DNA from: Gemmatimonadota bacterium | GTDB taxonomy: Bacteria > Gemmatimonadota > Gemmatimonadetes > Palauibacterales > Palauibacteraceae | Assembly (NCBI GenBank): GCA_965116475.1 | Contig: OZ220691.1 | Location: 1,632,001-1,696,000 of the forward strand | Length of the DNA stretch: 64,000 nucleotides | Reading direction: 5' to 3' | Part shown: piece after piece, positions 36,562 through 46,425 of the stretch | Position numbering within the stretch: the first letter of the stretch is position 1 | How the letters are laid out: the number at the start of each line of letters is the position of its first letter | Notes under the pieces: generated by a model | Seen by the model: only the letters and a program-made list of their open reading frames with translations | Database searches by the model: none | Told to the model about the DNA's origin: nothing | Program-made: the position numbers and the translations under genes

Positions 36562-37442
36562 CGGTCCGTGCCGGAACTCCGCGGTCGCGGGCCCTTCCGA
36601 ATCCCGTGCTCCGTCCAGTCGCGCCCGCGCCCAAGACCCGGAAAGATACGGAGCGGCCGGGGCACGCCACGGGTCTTGGCGCGCAGCCGTTCGTTCCTCG
36701 CCTGCGCTTCGGGGTCGAGCCAGGGCCGGTCGTGCTCCACATGCGCGCACACCGCCCGATGCCGGGCCTGGAGGGGGCGAATCCCGGCGTTGCGGAGCCG
36801 CTCGCCGAGTTCGCGGTCTTCGACCGGATACGTCATGCGCTCGTCGAAGCCGTTCACGCGCAGGAGGTCGGTCTTCCAGGCCGATGCGTTGTGCCCGTTC
36901 CACGTCGCCCGCGTCGTCGTCAGGCGATCGAGCCACGCGGCGCGGCCCGGTGAGCGGGTGAGCTTGCTCCGGTCCCGTCTCCGGCTCAGCGCTCCCGTTC
37001 TGTCGAGCCACGGCGACTCGAACAGCGAGCCATCGACCACATCCTCTGTCTCGATCCGCGTGCCGGCCGCGCTCGCGAGGCGAACTCTCCCGCCCGAAAC
37101 GAAGAAATCCGGCCGGGCGAGCCGCGCGTGCGTATCCACGAAGTCATCGCGCGGGATGCAGTCGCCGTCGCTGAGGATGAGGTAGTCTCCGCGCGCCTCG
37201 GCGATCGCGCGGTTCAGGATGCGACACTTCCTGAACCCGTCGTCCTCCTGCCAGACGTGGGAGACCGCGAGACCGGTGACCCCCCGCAGGCGTTCGATCC
37301 GGTCACGCGTCTTCGACCCCGAGCCGTCGTCCGCCACGACCACCTCGAAATCAGCGCACGTCTGTACCGAATAGCCCCAGAGCGTGCGCTCCAACTCGTC
37401 CGGCGCGTTGTACGTGCTCAGGATGACGGAGATTGAAGTCAG
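36558..37442 (-). CDS. Glycosyltransferase family 2 (no canonical start codon for the full domain)
   Basis: 'ISVILSTYN', 'VVADDGS', 'WQEDDGFRK', 'SDGD', 'VNGFDE'. The frame is open to 37451; CTG 37442 is proposed as start. Confidence 0.75.
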   Translation of the reverse strand: MTSISVILSTYNAPDELERTLWGYSVQTCADFEVVVADDGSGSKTRDRIERLRGVTGLAVSHVWQEDDGFRKCRILNRAIAEARGDYLILSDGDCIPRDDFVDTHARLARPDFFVSGGRVRLASAAGTRIETEDVVDGSLFESPWLDRTGALSRRRDRSKLTRSPGRAAWLDRLTTTRATWNGHNASAWKTDLLRVNGFDERMTYPVEDRELGERLRNAGIRPLQARHRAVCAHVEHDRPWLDPEAQARNERLRAKTRGVPRPLRIFPGLGRGRDWTEHGIRKGPRPRSSGTDR

Positions 37443-37451
37443 GGTGGAGAT

Positions 37452-37748
37452 CTAGTGCCGCGTCTTGGGCGGCTTCCGGGAGCGCATGGAACCCTCGAAC
37501 AATCCCTCGAGGCGAGCCACGCGCTCGGTGAGCTTCGTCTCCAGAGTTGTCATCCGTTCGGTGAGCTTGGTCTCCAGAGTTGCCATCCGCTCGGTGAGCC
37601 GGGTCTCCTGGGCGGACATCCGCTCGGTGATTTCCGAGAGCCGGACTTCCATTTGCTGCATGTCGCGCCGCATTCCGCGCATGCCCGGAACCAGCACGCT
37701 GGCCAGCGCGATGGCGGCTGCAATGATCGCGATCATCTCGCCGCTCAT
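37452..37748 (-). CDS. Small membrane-anchored coiled-coil protein
   Basis: SD AGGAG; N-terminal hydrophobic helix, then 11-aa repeats TERMxxLETKL and 'VARLEG'. Confidence 0.7.
   Translation of the reverse strand: MSGEMIAIIAAAIALASVLVPGMRGMRRDMQQMEVRLSEITERMSAQETRLTERMATLETKLTERMTTLETKLTERVARLEGLFEGSMRSRKPPKTRH
37521..37632. repeat. 33-bp degenerate tandem repeat (about 3.3 copies)
   Basis: Recurring cgytcggtgagc...gtctcc...cat units. Confidence 0.8.
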
Positions 37749-37882
37749 GCGGCGCTCCTTCTGGGCAACGATACCTCCCGGGTCGACACTTGGAACGTAC
37801 GCCGCAGGGCCGCGGCGAGCGAGTAAAACCGTATTCTCCGCGCCTGCGTCAACTCGCTGTCAACACGGGGGATCCAGCCCCC

Positions 37883-40693
37883 CTACGGTCGTTCGGGCTC
37901 CGCCGTGGAGAGGGCGATCGCGTTGAAGAGGAACTTGAAGGTGCCGTGCGGTTGCGCGCGCCGCGTGATGAGCGGGCCGAACAGGTACAGATGCCCGTTG
38001 CCCACCTTCGCTTCCGCCATCGTCACGCCGCCCTGGAGGTACTCCTGGCCCCACGCCCAGCCGCTGATGAGGGACTTGTCGCTCTCGAACCAGGCGAGCG
38101 GCGTCACCCCGTTCGCCCCGTCGTTCCTCGCCGCCAGCGCCGATGCGCCGAACACGGGGCTGTTGTTGAACGACACGGCAAGCGTCGACGGAACCCCCGT
38201 GGCGACGAGCCGCGAGTTGTCCACCGTGAGTTCGAGGATCGACCCGGGCACGTAGTAGTCCTCCCGGCCCAGCGGCTCTCCGTCCTTGACCAGATGGTCC
38301 TCGAGCGGGAGGCCGAGTTCGTTCCCCAGGGCCGTCGAACCGCCGATGGTGACGATCGAGCCGCCGTCCTCGAGGAACTCGACCAGCGCCGGCAGCGTCG
38401 CATCGGAGGTGACGCGGCCGAGCCGGTCCCGGTACTCCTCGGGAATCGTCTCCGGATCCGGCGAGCCGCCCCCCCCGAACTGGAAGCGCGAACCGATGGC
38501 GCCCTGCGGGAAGATGATGACGTCGTAGTCGTCGCTCAGGTCTCCCGCGTCGAGCCGCTGCGGGAAGACGAGTTCGAAGTCCGCGTACTCGAACTGCTCG
38601 AGGATCCAGCGGATCCAGCCGGACGGCATGGAGCCCCCGTACGTGTCCCAGAGCGCGATCCGCGGCGCCCGCAGGCGCAGGGCGTCCGCATCCGGATCGT
38701 TATCCAGACCCCGAAAGTCGATCCCCAGTTCGGCGGCCAGCGCCGCGACCGCGTCCGTCGTTCCGCGGCGGCTCTTCACGTAGAACGTGCCGGCCGGATG
38801 CATCCGTCCGCCCTCCCGCACCGGCGAGGTGAGCCAGTAGACCTCGTGTCCCGAAGCCTGCAGTCGGTTGATCGCCGTGAACGCGTCGTTCGCCTCGTGA
38901 TCGAACAGGAAGCCGTCCGCTCCGTCCGCGTCCGCGACCGTCCCCGGCATGGGGCTCGCGTTCCACTCCACGATCTCCTCGAACGGTCCGTCGAAGCCCT
39001 CCAGGATGCGGTCGAACTCCACCCCCATCTGGATCGCGAGCGTCCACCCCGCGTTGTCGTACGGCGGCGTCGGGGATGCCCCGGGATAGAGGAAGTCGTC
39101 CGGGTGGTCCTGCGGCTCGAACATGTCGAGGACGTGCGGCCGGAAGGCCTGCGCGGCCCGCACCACGTAGGAGCCCGCGGGATACTCCTTCCCCCCGATC
39201 CCCCCGACGCTGAAGTCGGATGTCGCCCGCTCCACGATCACGCCGCTCTCGAGCAGCGTGTTGACGAACTTCGTCGCGGTCGGGAAGTCGGCCTGGTCCG
39301 ACGGGAGGATGTACCCGCGGGGATCGCGCAGATCGGGCTCGAACAGCCGGTCGTACTCCGCGCGCGTACCGCGGCTGCCGCCGAAGCCGCCCACGTTCCG
39401 CGCGAAGTCGGTCTCCGCCGCCCCGGCGCGCATTTCCTCGCGCAGCCACTCCACGCGCCTGGGGTGGATCGTCCAGCTGTCCTTGCTGCCGCGCTCGATC
39501 GAGTTCATCCCCATGCGCCAGATGCGGTACAGGAACGTCTCGCGGTAGCGGGAGGCGACGTCGAGCACCGCCTTGTTCGCGGTGACGGAATAGTCGACCG
39601 ACTGCCGGAAGTGCCACGGCTGCGGCTCGATCGGGGCGGGCAGATTGTCGTTTGGCAGCACCCGTTCGAGGATGAGCGGGATCTCCATCGGGGTCGGGTG
39701 CCCGATCGTCTCCGTGAGGAGCCCGATCATGTTCTTGAAGTAGGGCGTCGTGCGCAGGCCGCCGTTCCACCACGTGGAGTAGTTCGCCCCGCGCCGCCGC
39801 GTCGCCCCGGGCTTCCCCTCCTCCGTGAAACGCGAGTGCATGGCGGACCCGACGAGATCGATCCCGGTGATGACCATCGGGTCGATGTTGTAGTTGAACG
39901 GGTCGCGGAACGGGGGTGCGAAGAGCACGGTCCCGGTGGGTCCCGTCTGGTGGTGGTTGTAGACGATCTGCGGATACCACGTCCGGTACATCTGCCGGTT
40001 CATGTTCTCGGATTCCGGCTGGAAGGACGTGTAGAAGTCGCGGTTGTTGTCGTGCCCCACGTATTTCTGGTAGAGGACGGGGATGCCGCGCGTAGAGCGC
40101 TCCGTCTTCTCCTCGACGCGCGTGTACCAGTTCGAGACGAGGTCCATCCCGTCGGGGTTCGCGTGGACGAAGAGGATGATGACGTCGTCGAGGATCCGCA
40201 TCGTCTCGTCGTCGGTCCCGCTCACGAACTGCCACAGCGTCTCCATGAGCTGCTGCGCGCCCAGCACCTCCGTGGCGTGCAGGCCCCCGTCGATCCACAC
40301 GATGGCCTTGCCGCGCCGGGCCAGTGCTCGCGCTTCCTCTTCGGTCACGCCCCGCGCGAGCGCGAGACGGGCGGAAATCTCCCGGTATTCGTCGAGGTTC
40401 TCATGGTTCTCGGGCGAGGTGACGATCGCCATGAGCTGGTCTCGGCCCTCGGCCGTCGTCCCGATCGACTGCAGCGTCATGCGCGGCGACTCGGCGGCCA
40501 GCGTCTCCCAGTAGCGGGTGAGGTCGCCGTAGTCCGGCAGCTCGTAGTCGGCGCCGATCTCATGCCCGAAGAAGGCCTCGGGGGTCGTCAGCTCCTGCGC
40601 GAGGACCGGTCGCGCGGCCAGGACGCCGAGGATGATCGCGACGGCCGGCAGGGCGCGGCGGACCACGGTCCGGTGGGGGGCGAAGAACGACAT
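37883..40693 (-). CDS. Exported M14 zinc carboxypeptidase family protein
   Basis: 'FFGHEIGADY', 'GLHATE' (HxxE), 'NPDG', 'DNNRD', 'YNHHQ'. Confidence 0.9.
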   Translation of the reverse strand: MSFFAPHRTVVRRALPAVAIILGVLAARPVLAQELTTPEAFFGHEIGADYELPDYGDLTRYWETLAAESPRMTLQSIGTTAEGRDQLMAIVTSPENHENLDEYREISARLALARGVTEEEARALARRGKAIVWIDGGLHATEVLGAQQLMETLWQFVSGTDDETMRILDDVIILFVHANPDGMDLVSNWYTRVEEKTERSTRGIPVLYQKYVGHDNNRDFYTSFQPESENMNRQMYRTWYPQIVYNHHQTGPTGTVLFAPPFRDPFNYNIDPMVITGIDLVGSAMHSRFTEEGKPGATRRRGANYSTWWNGGLRTTPYFKNMIGLLTETIGHPTPMEIPLILERVLPNDNLPAPIEPQPWHFRQSVDYSVTANKAVLDVASRYRETFLYRIWRMGMNSIERGSKDSWTIHPRRVEWLREEMRAGAAETDFARNVGGFGGSRGTRAEYDRLFEPDLRDPRGYILPSDQADFPTATKFVNTLLESGVIVERATSDFSVGGIGGKEYPAGSYVVRAAQAFRPHVLDMFEPQDHPDDFLYPGASPTPPYDNAGWTLAIQMGVEFDRILEGFDGPFEEIVEWNASPMPGTVADADGADGFLFDHEANDAFTAINRLQASGHEVYWLTSPVREGGRMHPAGTFYVKSRRGTTDAVAALAAELGIDFRGLDNDPDADALRLRAPRIALWDTYGGSMPSGWIRWILEQFEYADFELVFPQRLDAGDLSDDYDVIIFPQGAIGSRFQFGGGGSPDPETIPEEYRDRLGRVTSDATLPALVEFLEDGGSIVTIGGSTALGNELGLPLEDHLVKDGEPLGREDYYVPGSILELTVDNSRLVATGVPSTLAVSFNNSPVFGASALAARNDGANGVTPLAWFESDKSLISGWAWGQEYLQGGVTMAEAKVGNGHLYLFGPLITRRAQPHGTFKFLFNAIALSTAEPERP

Positions 40694-40884
40694 GTGCGGA
40701 CTCTCCTTGCGCAGATCGTGTGCAGAGTTTCGGCGCCCATTATGGCGACGGCGTGCCCGGGAAGCCAAAGCACGCCGGCCCGGAAGCGCCGCCGCCCGCC
40801 GGCGAGCCCGAATCTCCGGGTTCGCGGCGGGCGGCTTCGGCTCGAGCCGGGTCAGCGCCTGGCGTCGGCGCTCCGGCAACCGCG

Positions 40885-43800
40885 TCAGCGCATCGGCGGC
40901 ATCGGGACCCGCACCGGATCGCCGAGGTCGGGGCCGACCCCAGCCGCCTGCACGGCCGAGAAGAGCGCCGGCATGCGGTCCTCGATGAGGGCGTTCAGCC
41001 GGTCGATGGCGCCGGGCAGCGCGCCCCAGCCGCGCTCGAGCTGGAAGAGCATGTCCGCCGTCGGCGCCGTGTGGTAACCCGACAGACCGCCGGACACGCC
41101 GGCGCCCCCTCGGGCCGTGTCGAGTTCGTCGCCGATCCCGTCCAGCTCCTCGCCGATGGCCTCGACTTCCGCCGTCAGCGACTCGGCCACGTCGTGGCCC
41201 TCGAGTTGCGCCTCGACGTCGGACAGGTGGCCGCGCAGCCGGGCCGCGGCCTGCAGCCCCTCGTTCGTCGGCGTCGCGAGCGCGTAGGCGCTCATGAGTG
41301 CCTCCTGCCGCGCCATGAGGTCGCCCTGGCTGATGTTCACGCGCGGGTCGAGCCGCACCGTGACCGCCGTCTCGAGCGTGTGCCCCGCCGCCTCCAGTCG
41401 CGCCGTGTACGTCCCCGGCAGAACCTTCGGCGCCACGCTGCCGGCCCGGAAGAAGAATCCTCCGCCGCCCGGCGGCGCCGGTGGGGGCTCGTAGCGCAGG
41501 TCCCAGATGACCTCGTTGAGGCCGCGGTCGCCGCCGCCTTCGAGTTCACGGATAACGGAACCGTCGGAGTCGAGGATCGTGATCGCCGCCTTGCCCGCCA
41601 TCTCGGACATCGGCGCCGGATCATCGCCATTCGCGGAGGGACCGCCGGTGACGATCCGCTCGCCGCTTTCGCCGCCCTCCTCGTCGGCCGTCGGGGCGTC
41701 CGGCAGGTCGCTCCCCAGCCAGTAGCGGATCCGGGCGCCCTGCGGCGGGTTCTCCGCCTCCCATACGCCCGGCGTCCAGCCCTGCGGCGTGTAGGGGTTG
41801 TAGGCGACGGCCGACTGGGTCGAGAAGAGGTGCGCCTCGGAGGCGAGCACGGCCTGGCTCAGTTCCTCGAGCGGCGTGACGTCCTCCATGATCCAGATGC
41901 CGCGCCCGTGCGTGCCAATCACGAGGTCGTTCTCGCGCTCCTGGATCTTGATGTCGTCCACCGGCGCTGGCGGCATGTTCCGCAGCAGCGGCTGCCACGA
42001 GTTGCCCGCGTCGATCGAGAAGTACGTCCCGATCTCGTTCCCGGCGAAGAGGAGGTTCGCGGCGCGGTGGTGCTGCGCCAGCGCGTTCAGCGACCACCCG
42101 TCCGGGATCCCGTCCCGCACCGCCCGCCACGACTCGCCGAAGTCGTTCGAGACGTACAGGTAGGGGTCCATGTCGTTGTTGCGGTGGTTGTCCCCCGCCA
42201 CCCACACCGTGCCGGGGTCGGCGTGCGAGGCGACGATGCGCGTCATGTACAGCTGGTCGGGCACGCCCGGCATGTTCGGCGCCACGTTCGTCCACGTCCC
42301 GCCGCCATCCCGCGTCACCTGCAGGTTCCCGTCGTCGGTACCCGCGTACACGACCATCGGGTCGAGCGGCGACTCCTCGATCGAGATCATGTTGCCGAAG
42401 CTCGATGTCCCGTCGTTGGCCGACATCATCGGCTCGGAGCCGAGGACGCCCATGATCGACAGCGTCTCGCGGTCGATGTTCTTCGTGAGATCCGGGGAGA
42501 TCTGCTCCCACGTCTGCCCGTAGTCGGGCGTCTTGAACACGACGTTCGACCCGTAGTAGACCGTGTTCGGGTCGCTCGGCGATACCTCGACCGGCGTGTC
42601 CCAGTTCCAGCGGAACTCGGGCAGATCCTCGTCATCCCCCTCCGGACGCCCCAGCGGGCGCATCCGCAGCCGCTCGCCGGTCTTGAGATTCACGCGCATG
42701 GGGTTCCCGTTCTGGGACTCCGCGATCATCTCCTCGCCGTTGGGATGGAGGACGGTGAAGTAGCCGTCGCCGCTCCCCACGTTGTACCAGTCGCGGGTCC
42801 GTATCCCCTGGTTGGACCAGGTGTCCGACGGGCCGCACCAGGAACCGTTGTCCTGGAGGCCGCCGCACACGTGGTACGGCTCGCGGTTGTCGACGCCGAT
42901 CTCGTAGAACTGCGCCAGCGGCAGGTTCGTCAGCTGCCGCCAGTTGTCGGAGCGATCCCAGCTGATCGAGACGCCGCCGTCGCCGCCGAGGATCAGGTGA
43001 TTGGAGTTCGCCGGGTTGATCCACAGCGCGTGGTGGTCGGAGTGGACCTCCGAGGCCGCGTCCGGCGTGAAGTTGTACCCCCCGTCCGAGGTGCGGTACA
43101 GACTCGAACCGCCCAGGTAGAGCCGTTCGGGATCGTTCGGGTCGATGCGGATCTGGCTGTAGTACATGGGACGGTTGTTCGTCGTGCTCGTCTGCACCCA
43201 CGTCTCGCCGCGGTCGGTCGACTTGTAGGTGCCCGTCTTGCGGTCGGCGTCGTCCTGGGCGCCGAAGCCCTGTCCCGGGGCGCGCGCGTCGGCTTCGACG
43301 ATCGCCCAGACGAGGTTCCCGTCGCGGCGATAGATGTCGAGCCCGATGCGGCCCACGTCACCCTCCGGCAGGCCGCCGGCGAGCTTGGTCCAGTTGTCGC
43401 CGCCGTCCATCGTCCGGTAGATGCCGCCGCCCGGCCCGCCGCCGTTGAAGCCCCACAGCGTCCGCTGCCGCTGGTACATGGCCGCGAACAGCGTCATCGG
43501 ATCGCCCGGATCCATGGCGAGGTCGATCGCACCCGTGTGCTCGTCGACATGGAGGACGAGTTCCCACGTCTCGCCGCCGTCCATCGTCCGGTACACGCCG
43601 CGCTCCGGGTTCGCGCCCCACAGGCGGCCCATCGCCGCCACATAGGCCACGTCCGGATCCTGCGGGTGGACCTGGATGCGGGAGATGTGGTGCGTCGCCT
43701 CGAGCCCGAGGTGTGTCCAGGTGCGGCCGGCGTCCGTCGACCGGAACACGCCCATCCCCCACGGGGACGACTGCCGGTTCTGCGGCTCTCCCGAGCCGAC

Positions 43801-44136
43801 CCAGACGACGTTGGGGTTCGACGGGGCCAGCGTGATGTCCCCGACGGAGAGCATCGGCTGGTCGTCGAACACGGACTCGAACGTCGACCCGCCGTTGATC
43901 GTCTTCCACACGCCGCCCGTCGCGACACCGACGTAGAAGGTGGACGGATCGGCCTCGTCGACGGCGATGTCGGCGACCCGGCCGCCCATGATCGTGGGTC
44001 CGATTTCGCGCCATTCGAGCGCCTGGACGGCCGCCTGCAGATCGGCGTCCTGGGCCAGCGCGGGATGGGGGGTTGCGGCGAGGGCAAGCACCGCGAGGAG
44101 AGACAGAGACACCGGGAACCCTGAGCGCGTACGCAT
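40885..44136 (-). CDS. Exported BNR/VPS10-like repeat protein (putative glycosyl hydrolase)
   Basis: 'WREIGP..MGGR', many Asp-boxes (STDAGRTW, TMDGGETW, STDRGETW), 'GGLQDNGSW', 'GTHGRGIW'. Confidence 0.88.
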   Translation of the reverse strand: MRTRSGFPVSLSLLAVLALAATPHPALAQDADLQAAVQALEWREIGPTIMGGRVADIAVDEADPSTFYVGVATGGVWKTINGGSTFESVFDDQPMLSVGDITLAPSNPNVVWVGSGEPQNRQSSPWGMGVFRSTDAGRTWTHLGLEATHHISRIQVHPQDPDVAYVAAMGRLWGANPERGVYRTMDGGETWELVLHVDEHTGAIDLAMDPGDPMTLFAAMYQRQRTLWGFNGGGPGGGIYRTMDGGDNWTKLAGGLPEGDVGRIGLDIYRRDGNLVWAIVEADARAPGQGFGAQDDADRKTGTYKSTDRGETWVQTSTTNNRPMYYSQIRIDPNDPERLYLGGSSLYRTSDGGYNFTPDAASEVHSDHHALWINPANSNHLILGGDGGVSISWDRSDNWRQLTNLPLAQFYEIGVDNREPYHVCGGLQDNGSWCGPSDTWSNQGIRTRDWYNVGSGDGYFTVLHPNGEEMIAESQNGNPMRVNLKTGERLRMRPLGRPEGDDEDLPEFRWNWDTPVEVSPSDPNTVYYGSNVVFKTPDYGQTWEQISPDLTKNIDRETLSIMGVLGSEPMMSANDGTSSFGNMISIEESPLDPMVVYAGTDDGNLQVTRDGGGTWTNVAPNMPGVPDQLYMTRIVASHADPGTVWVAGDNHRNNDMDPYLYVSNDFGESWRAVRDGIPDGWSLNALAQHHRAANLLFAGNEIGTYFSIDAGNSWQPLLRNMPPAPVDDIKIQERENDLVIGTHGRGIWIMEDVTPLEELSQAVLASEAHLFSTQSAVAYNPYTPQGWTPGVWEAENPPQGARIRYWLGSDLPDAPTADEEGGESGERIVTGGPSANGDDPAPMSEMAGKAAITILDSDGSVIRELEGGGDRGLNEVIWDLRYEPPPAPPGGGGFFFRAGSVAPKVLPGTYTARLEAAGHTLETAVTVRLDPRVNISQGDLMARQEALMSAYALATPTNEGLQAAARLRGHLSDVEAQLEGHDVAESLTAEVEAIGEELDGIGDELDTARGGAGVSGGLSGYHTAPTADMLFQLERGWGALPGAIDRLNALIEDRMPALFSAVQAAGVGPDLGDPVRVPMPPMR

Positions 44137-44335
44137 CTTGCTTACCTCGTTTCGGGAGGAGTTCCGCGGGAGGGAGCGGTCCGGGCAAGGAAACCGGCAC
44201 CGGCCACCCCACCCGACCCAACAACAGCCCGAATACAATAGATGAACCCACCGGAATCTGAAACGGGGTCCCGCCGATGCGGCTCCCCCAAGCCCGCCCT
44301 CCGCCTTGTCGCCGCCAGCTGCCGCGGGTCTCCAT

Positions 44336-44381
44336 TTGACGATTACGACATCGCGTCGTACACTTACGACATGTCGTCGTG
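44336..44381 (+). promoter_or_regulatory. Sigma70-type promoter with two palindromic BlaI-type operators
   Basis: TTGACG (44336-44341), 17 nt, TACACT (44359-44364). TACGAC-N5-GTCGTA at 44344-44360 and TACGAC-N5-GTCGTG at 44365-44381. Confidence 0.8.
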
Positions 44382-44432
44382 AGACGGTGAAGACAACGTT
44401 GCCGAGGTCGGACGAGAGGTGGATGGAGACGG

Positions 44433-46013
44433 ATGACGGACATGATTCTCCAGATCGGGGCCAGCAAGCTGGCGATCTCGATCGGCCTCGCCGGCCTGGC
44501 GTGGATCGCGGCGCGGCGCCTCGGGAACCCGTCGCTGGCGCACGGACTGTGGCTGCTGCCGCTCGCCGTCCTGCTCGTGCCGCCGTTCGTCTCGATTCCC
44601 GTCTGGCCCCAAACACTGGACCCGGTCGTGCCCACGACGGCGATGGCCGTGGCGCAAGCGGAGCCGACGCCGTCGACGGGGGCCATGCTACTCGGGTGGC
44701 TCGGGGGCCACGGCAGGGAAGCGCTCGTCTGGCTCTGGATTCTGGGAACGACTTCGGTCGTGAGCTGGACGATTGTGCGCACACTCCGCTTCCATCGCTC
44801 GCTCGTCAGTGCGTCGGAGGCCGCGCCGCCAGAGGTCCAGCGCCGCGCTTGGGAGATCGCGCACAGGCTCGGACTCGGGGCGGTCCCAACGGTGTACGCG
44901 ACGCGGGCGCAACTGTCGCCCATGGTGTGGTGGGCCGGGGGGAGGGTGCGGGTCCTTTTCCCCTCGAAACTGCTGGCCGGGATGGACGGGACCGAACTGC
45001 GCTGCATCCTGGCGCACGAACTCGCCCATGTCCGGCGCCGCGACCACGTCGTGCGCTGGCTCGAATGGCTCGCGTGCGCGGCCTTCTGGTGGAATCCGGT
45101 CGCCTGGTGGGCCCGCCGGCGGCTGCGGGCGTCCGAGGAGTTGTGCTGCGACGCGCTCGCCGTCGCCGCGACAGAAACCGAACCCCGCACGTACGCCGGG
45201 GCGCTGCTCCGGGTGATCGACTTCATGTCGAAGACCCCGGTCCCGGGCCCCCTGACCTTCGCGAGCACGATCGATCGCTGCGGCCGACCGTCGCGGCTTG
45301 AAAGGAGATTCCGCGTGATCATGATGAACCGAACCTCGACCCCCGCCCCGCGCTGGCTCCGCGTCGCCCTGCGCTGCGGCGCCGTCTGCCTGCTCGCGGG
45401 CGGCCTCGTCTACTGCACCGACCAGTCGGACCTCACCTCCCTCGACCCGGCCTTCGTCCCGGCTGTCGTCCCAGCGACCGAGGAGGCGGTCCTACACCTC
45501 GACGGACGGGGAGACGGGCCTGCCGCCGCCGCACTGCGACCGCGGCAGGTGATGCGCAAGCTGATCGAGGCACTGGCAACCGAGCACGCCCTCCCGGCCA
45601 AGCTCGCCGAGGCCCTTGGGGACGCCGGGGAAGCGGCCGTGTCCGGCCGCACTCCAGCCGATCTGTTCCTGGCCGTGACGCCGGACGACGGGGCTGGAGA
45701 CTTCAAGACGGTCGTGCTGAACGTCGCCCGCCTTCGGTCCGCGCTTTCGGAAGGTCCGCTTTCGGAAGAAGCCCTCGACGCCGAACTCGCCCAGCACCTT
45801 CGGGTGAGCCGGAACAACTCGAACATGTCGTCACTCAAGGGGGTGCATCTGGAGTGTACGGGTGCCGAAGGCGCGGTGCTCGATTCTTCATACGAGTCCC
45901 AGATCGCCTCCATGACCATGACGTGCGAAACGGCCAAGACCAGCACGCGAGGGTTTGGCATGAGGGGCGTCGCTGAAAGGAAGCTGAAAGGAACCGAGGA
46001 GCGGTCACCTTGA
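44433..46013 (+). CDS. M56 (BlaR1-like) metallopeptidase, paralog 1
   Basis: 'HELAHVRRRD', 'WWNP..W', 'ELCCD', 'LERR'; C-terminal domain not recognised. Confidence 0.88.
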   Translation: MTDMILQIGASKLAISIGLAGLAWIAARRLGNPSLAHGLWLLPLAVLLVPPFVSIPVWPQTLDPVVPTTAMAVAQAEPTPSTGAMLLGWLGGHGREALVWLWILGTTSVVSWTIVRTLRFHRSLVSASEAAPPEVQRRAWEIAHRLGLGAVPTVYATRAQLSPMVWWAGGRVRVLFPSKLLAGMDGTELRCILAHELAHVRRRDHVVRWLEWLACAAFWWNPVAWWARRRLRASEELCCDALAVAATETEPRTYAGALLRVIDFMSKTPVPGPLTFASTIDRCGRPSRLERRFRVIMMNRTSTPAPRWLRVALRCGAVCLLAGGLVYCTDQSDLTSLDPAFVPAVVPATEEAVLHLDGRGDGPAAAALRPRQVMRKLIEALATEHALPAKLAEALGDAGEAAVSGRTPADLFLAVTPDDGAGDFKTVVLNVARLRSALSEGPLSEEALDAELAQHLRVSRNNSNMSSLKGVHLECTGAEGAVLDSSYESQIASMTMTCETAKTSTRGFGMRGVAERKLKGTEERSP

Positions 46014-46056
46014 TGTTTGACGTCCAGCGCCAAGAACGATCGAGAAAGGGTATCGC

Positions 46057-46425
46057 ATGACGACGCCGCGCCTGGCCAACGCCGAACTCGCGGTCATGGA
46101 GCGACTGTGGAAGGAGGGCCGTCTCACGGCCCGCCGGCTCCGCGACCTGCTCTACCCGGACACGACGAGATCGGCGCACGGCACCATCCAGCGCCTCCTG
46201 CAGCGGCTCGAGGACAAGGGTTTCGTCCACCGCGACGCCAGCCTCGGAACCCAGCTCTTCTCCGCCCGGATCAGCCGCGAGGCGTACGCGTCCGCGCGGC
46301 TGGAGGCGCTGGCCGACCGCATCACGGGCGGCTCCCTCGTGCCGATGATCACCCAGTTGATGGAAGAGCGGAAACTCGAACCCGAGGAGATCGAACGCCT
46401 CCGCGAGATCCTGGACGAAGGATGA
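46057..46425 (+). CDS. BlaI/MecI/CopY family repressor
   Basis: 'L..AEL.VME.LW', 'TIQRLLQRLEDKGFV', 'GGSL', 'EIERLR'. Confidence 0.92.
   Translation: MTTPRLANAELAVMERLWKEGRLTARRLRDLLYPDTTRSAHGTIQRLLQRLEDKGFVHRDASLGTQLFSARISREAYASARLEALADRITGGSLVPMITQLMEERKLEPEEIERLREILDEG

Noticed and set aside
34181..37632. Tandem repeats as CRISPR arrays
   Set aside because: No unique spacers, repeats are in-frame coding, and no cas genes are present.
37790..44124. 1095-aa and 1134-aa plus-strand ORFs
   Set aside because: Antisense shadows of the M14 and BNR/VPS10 genes.
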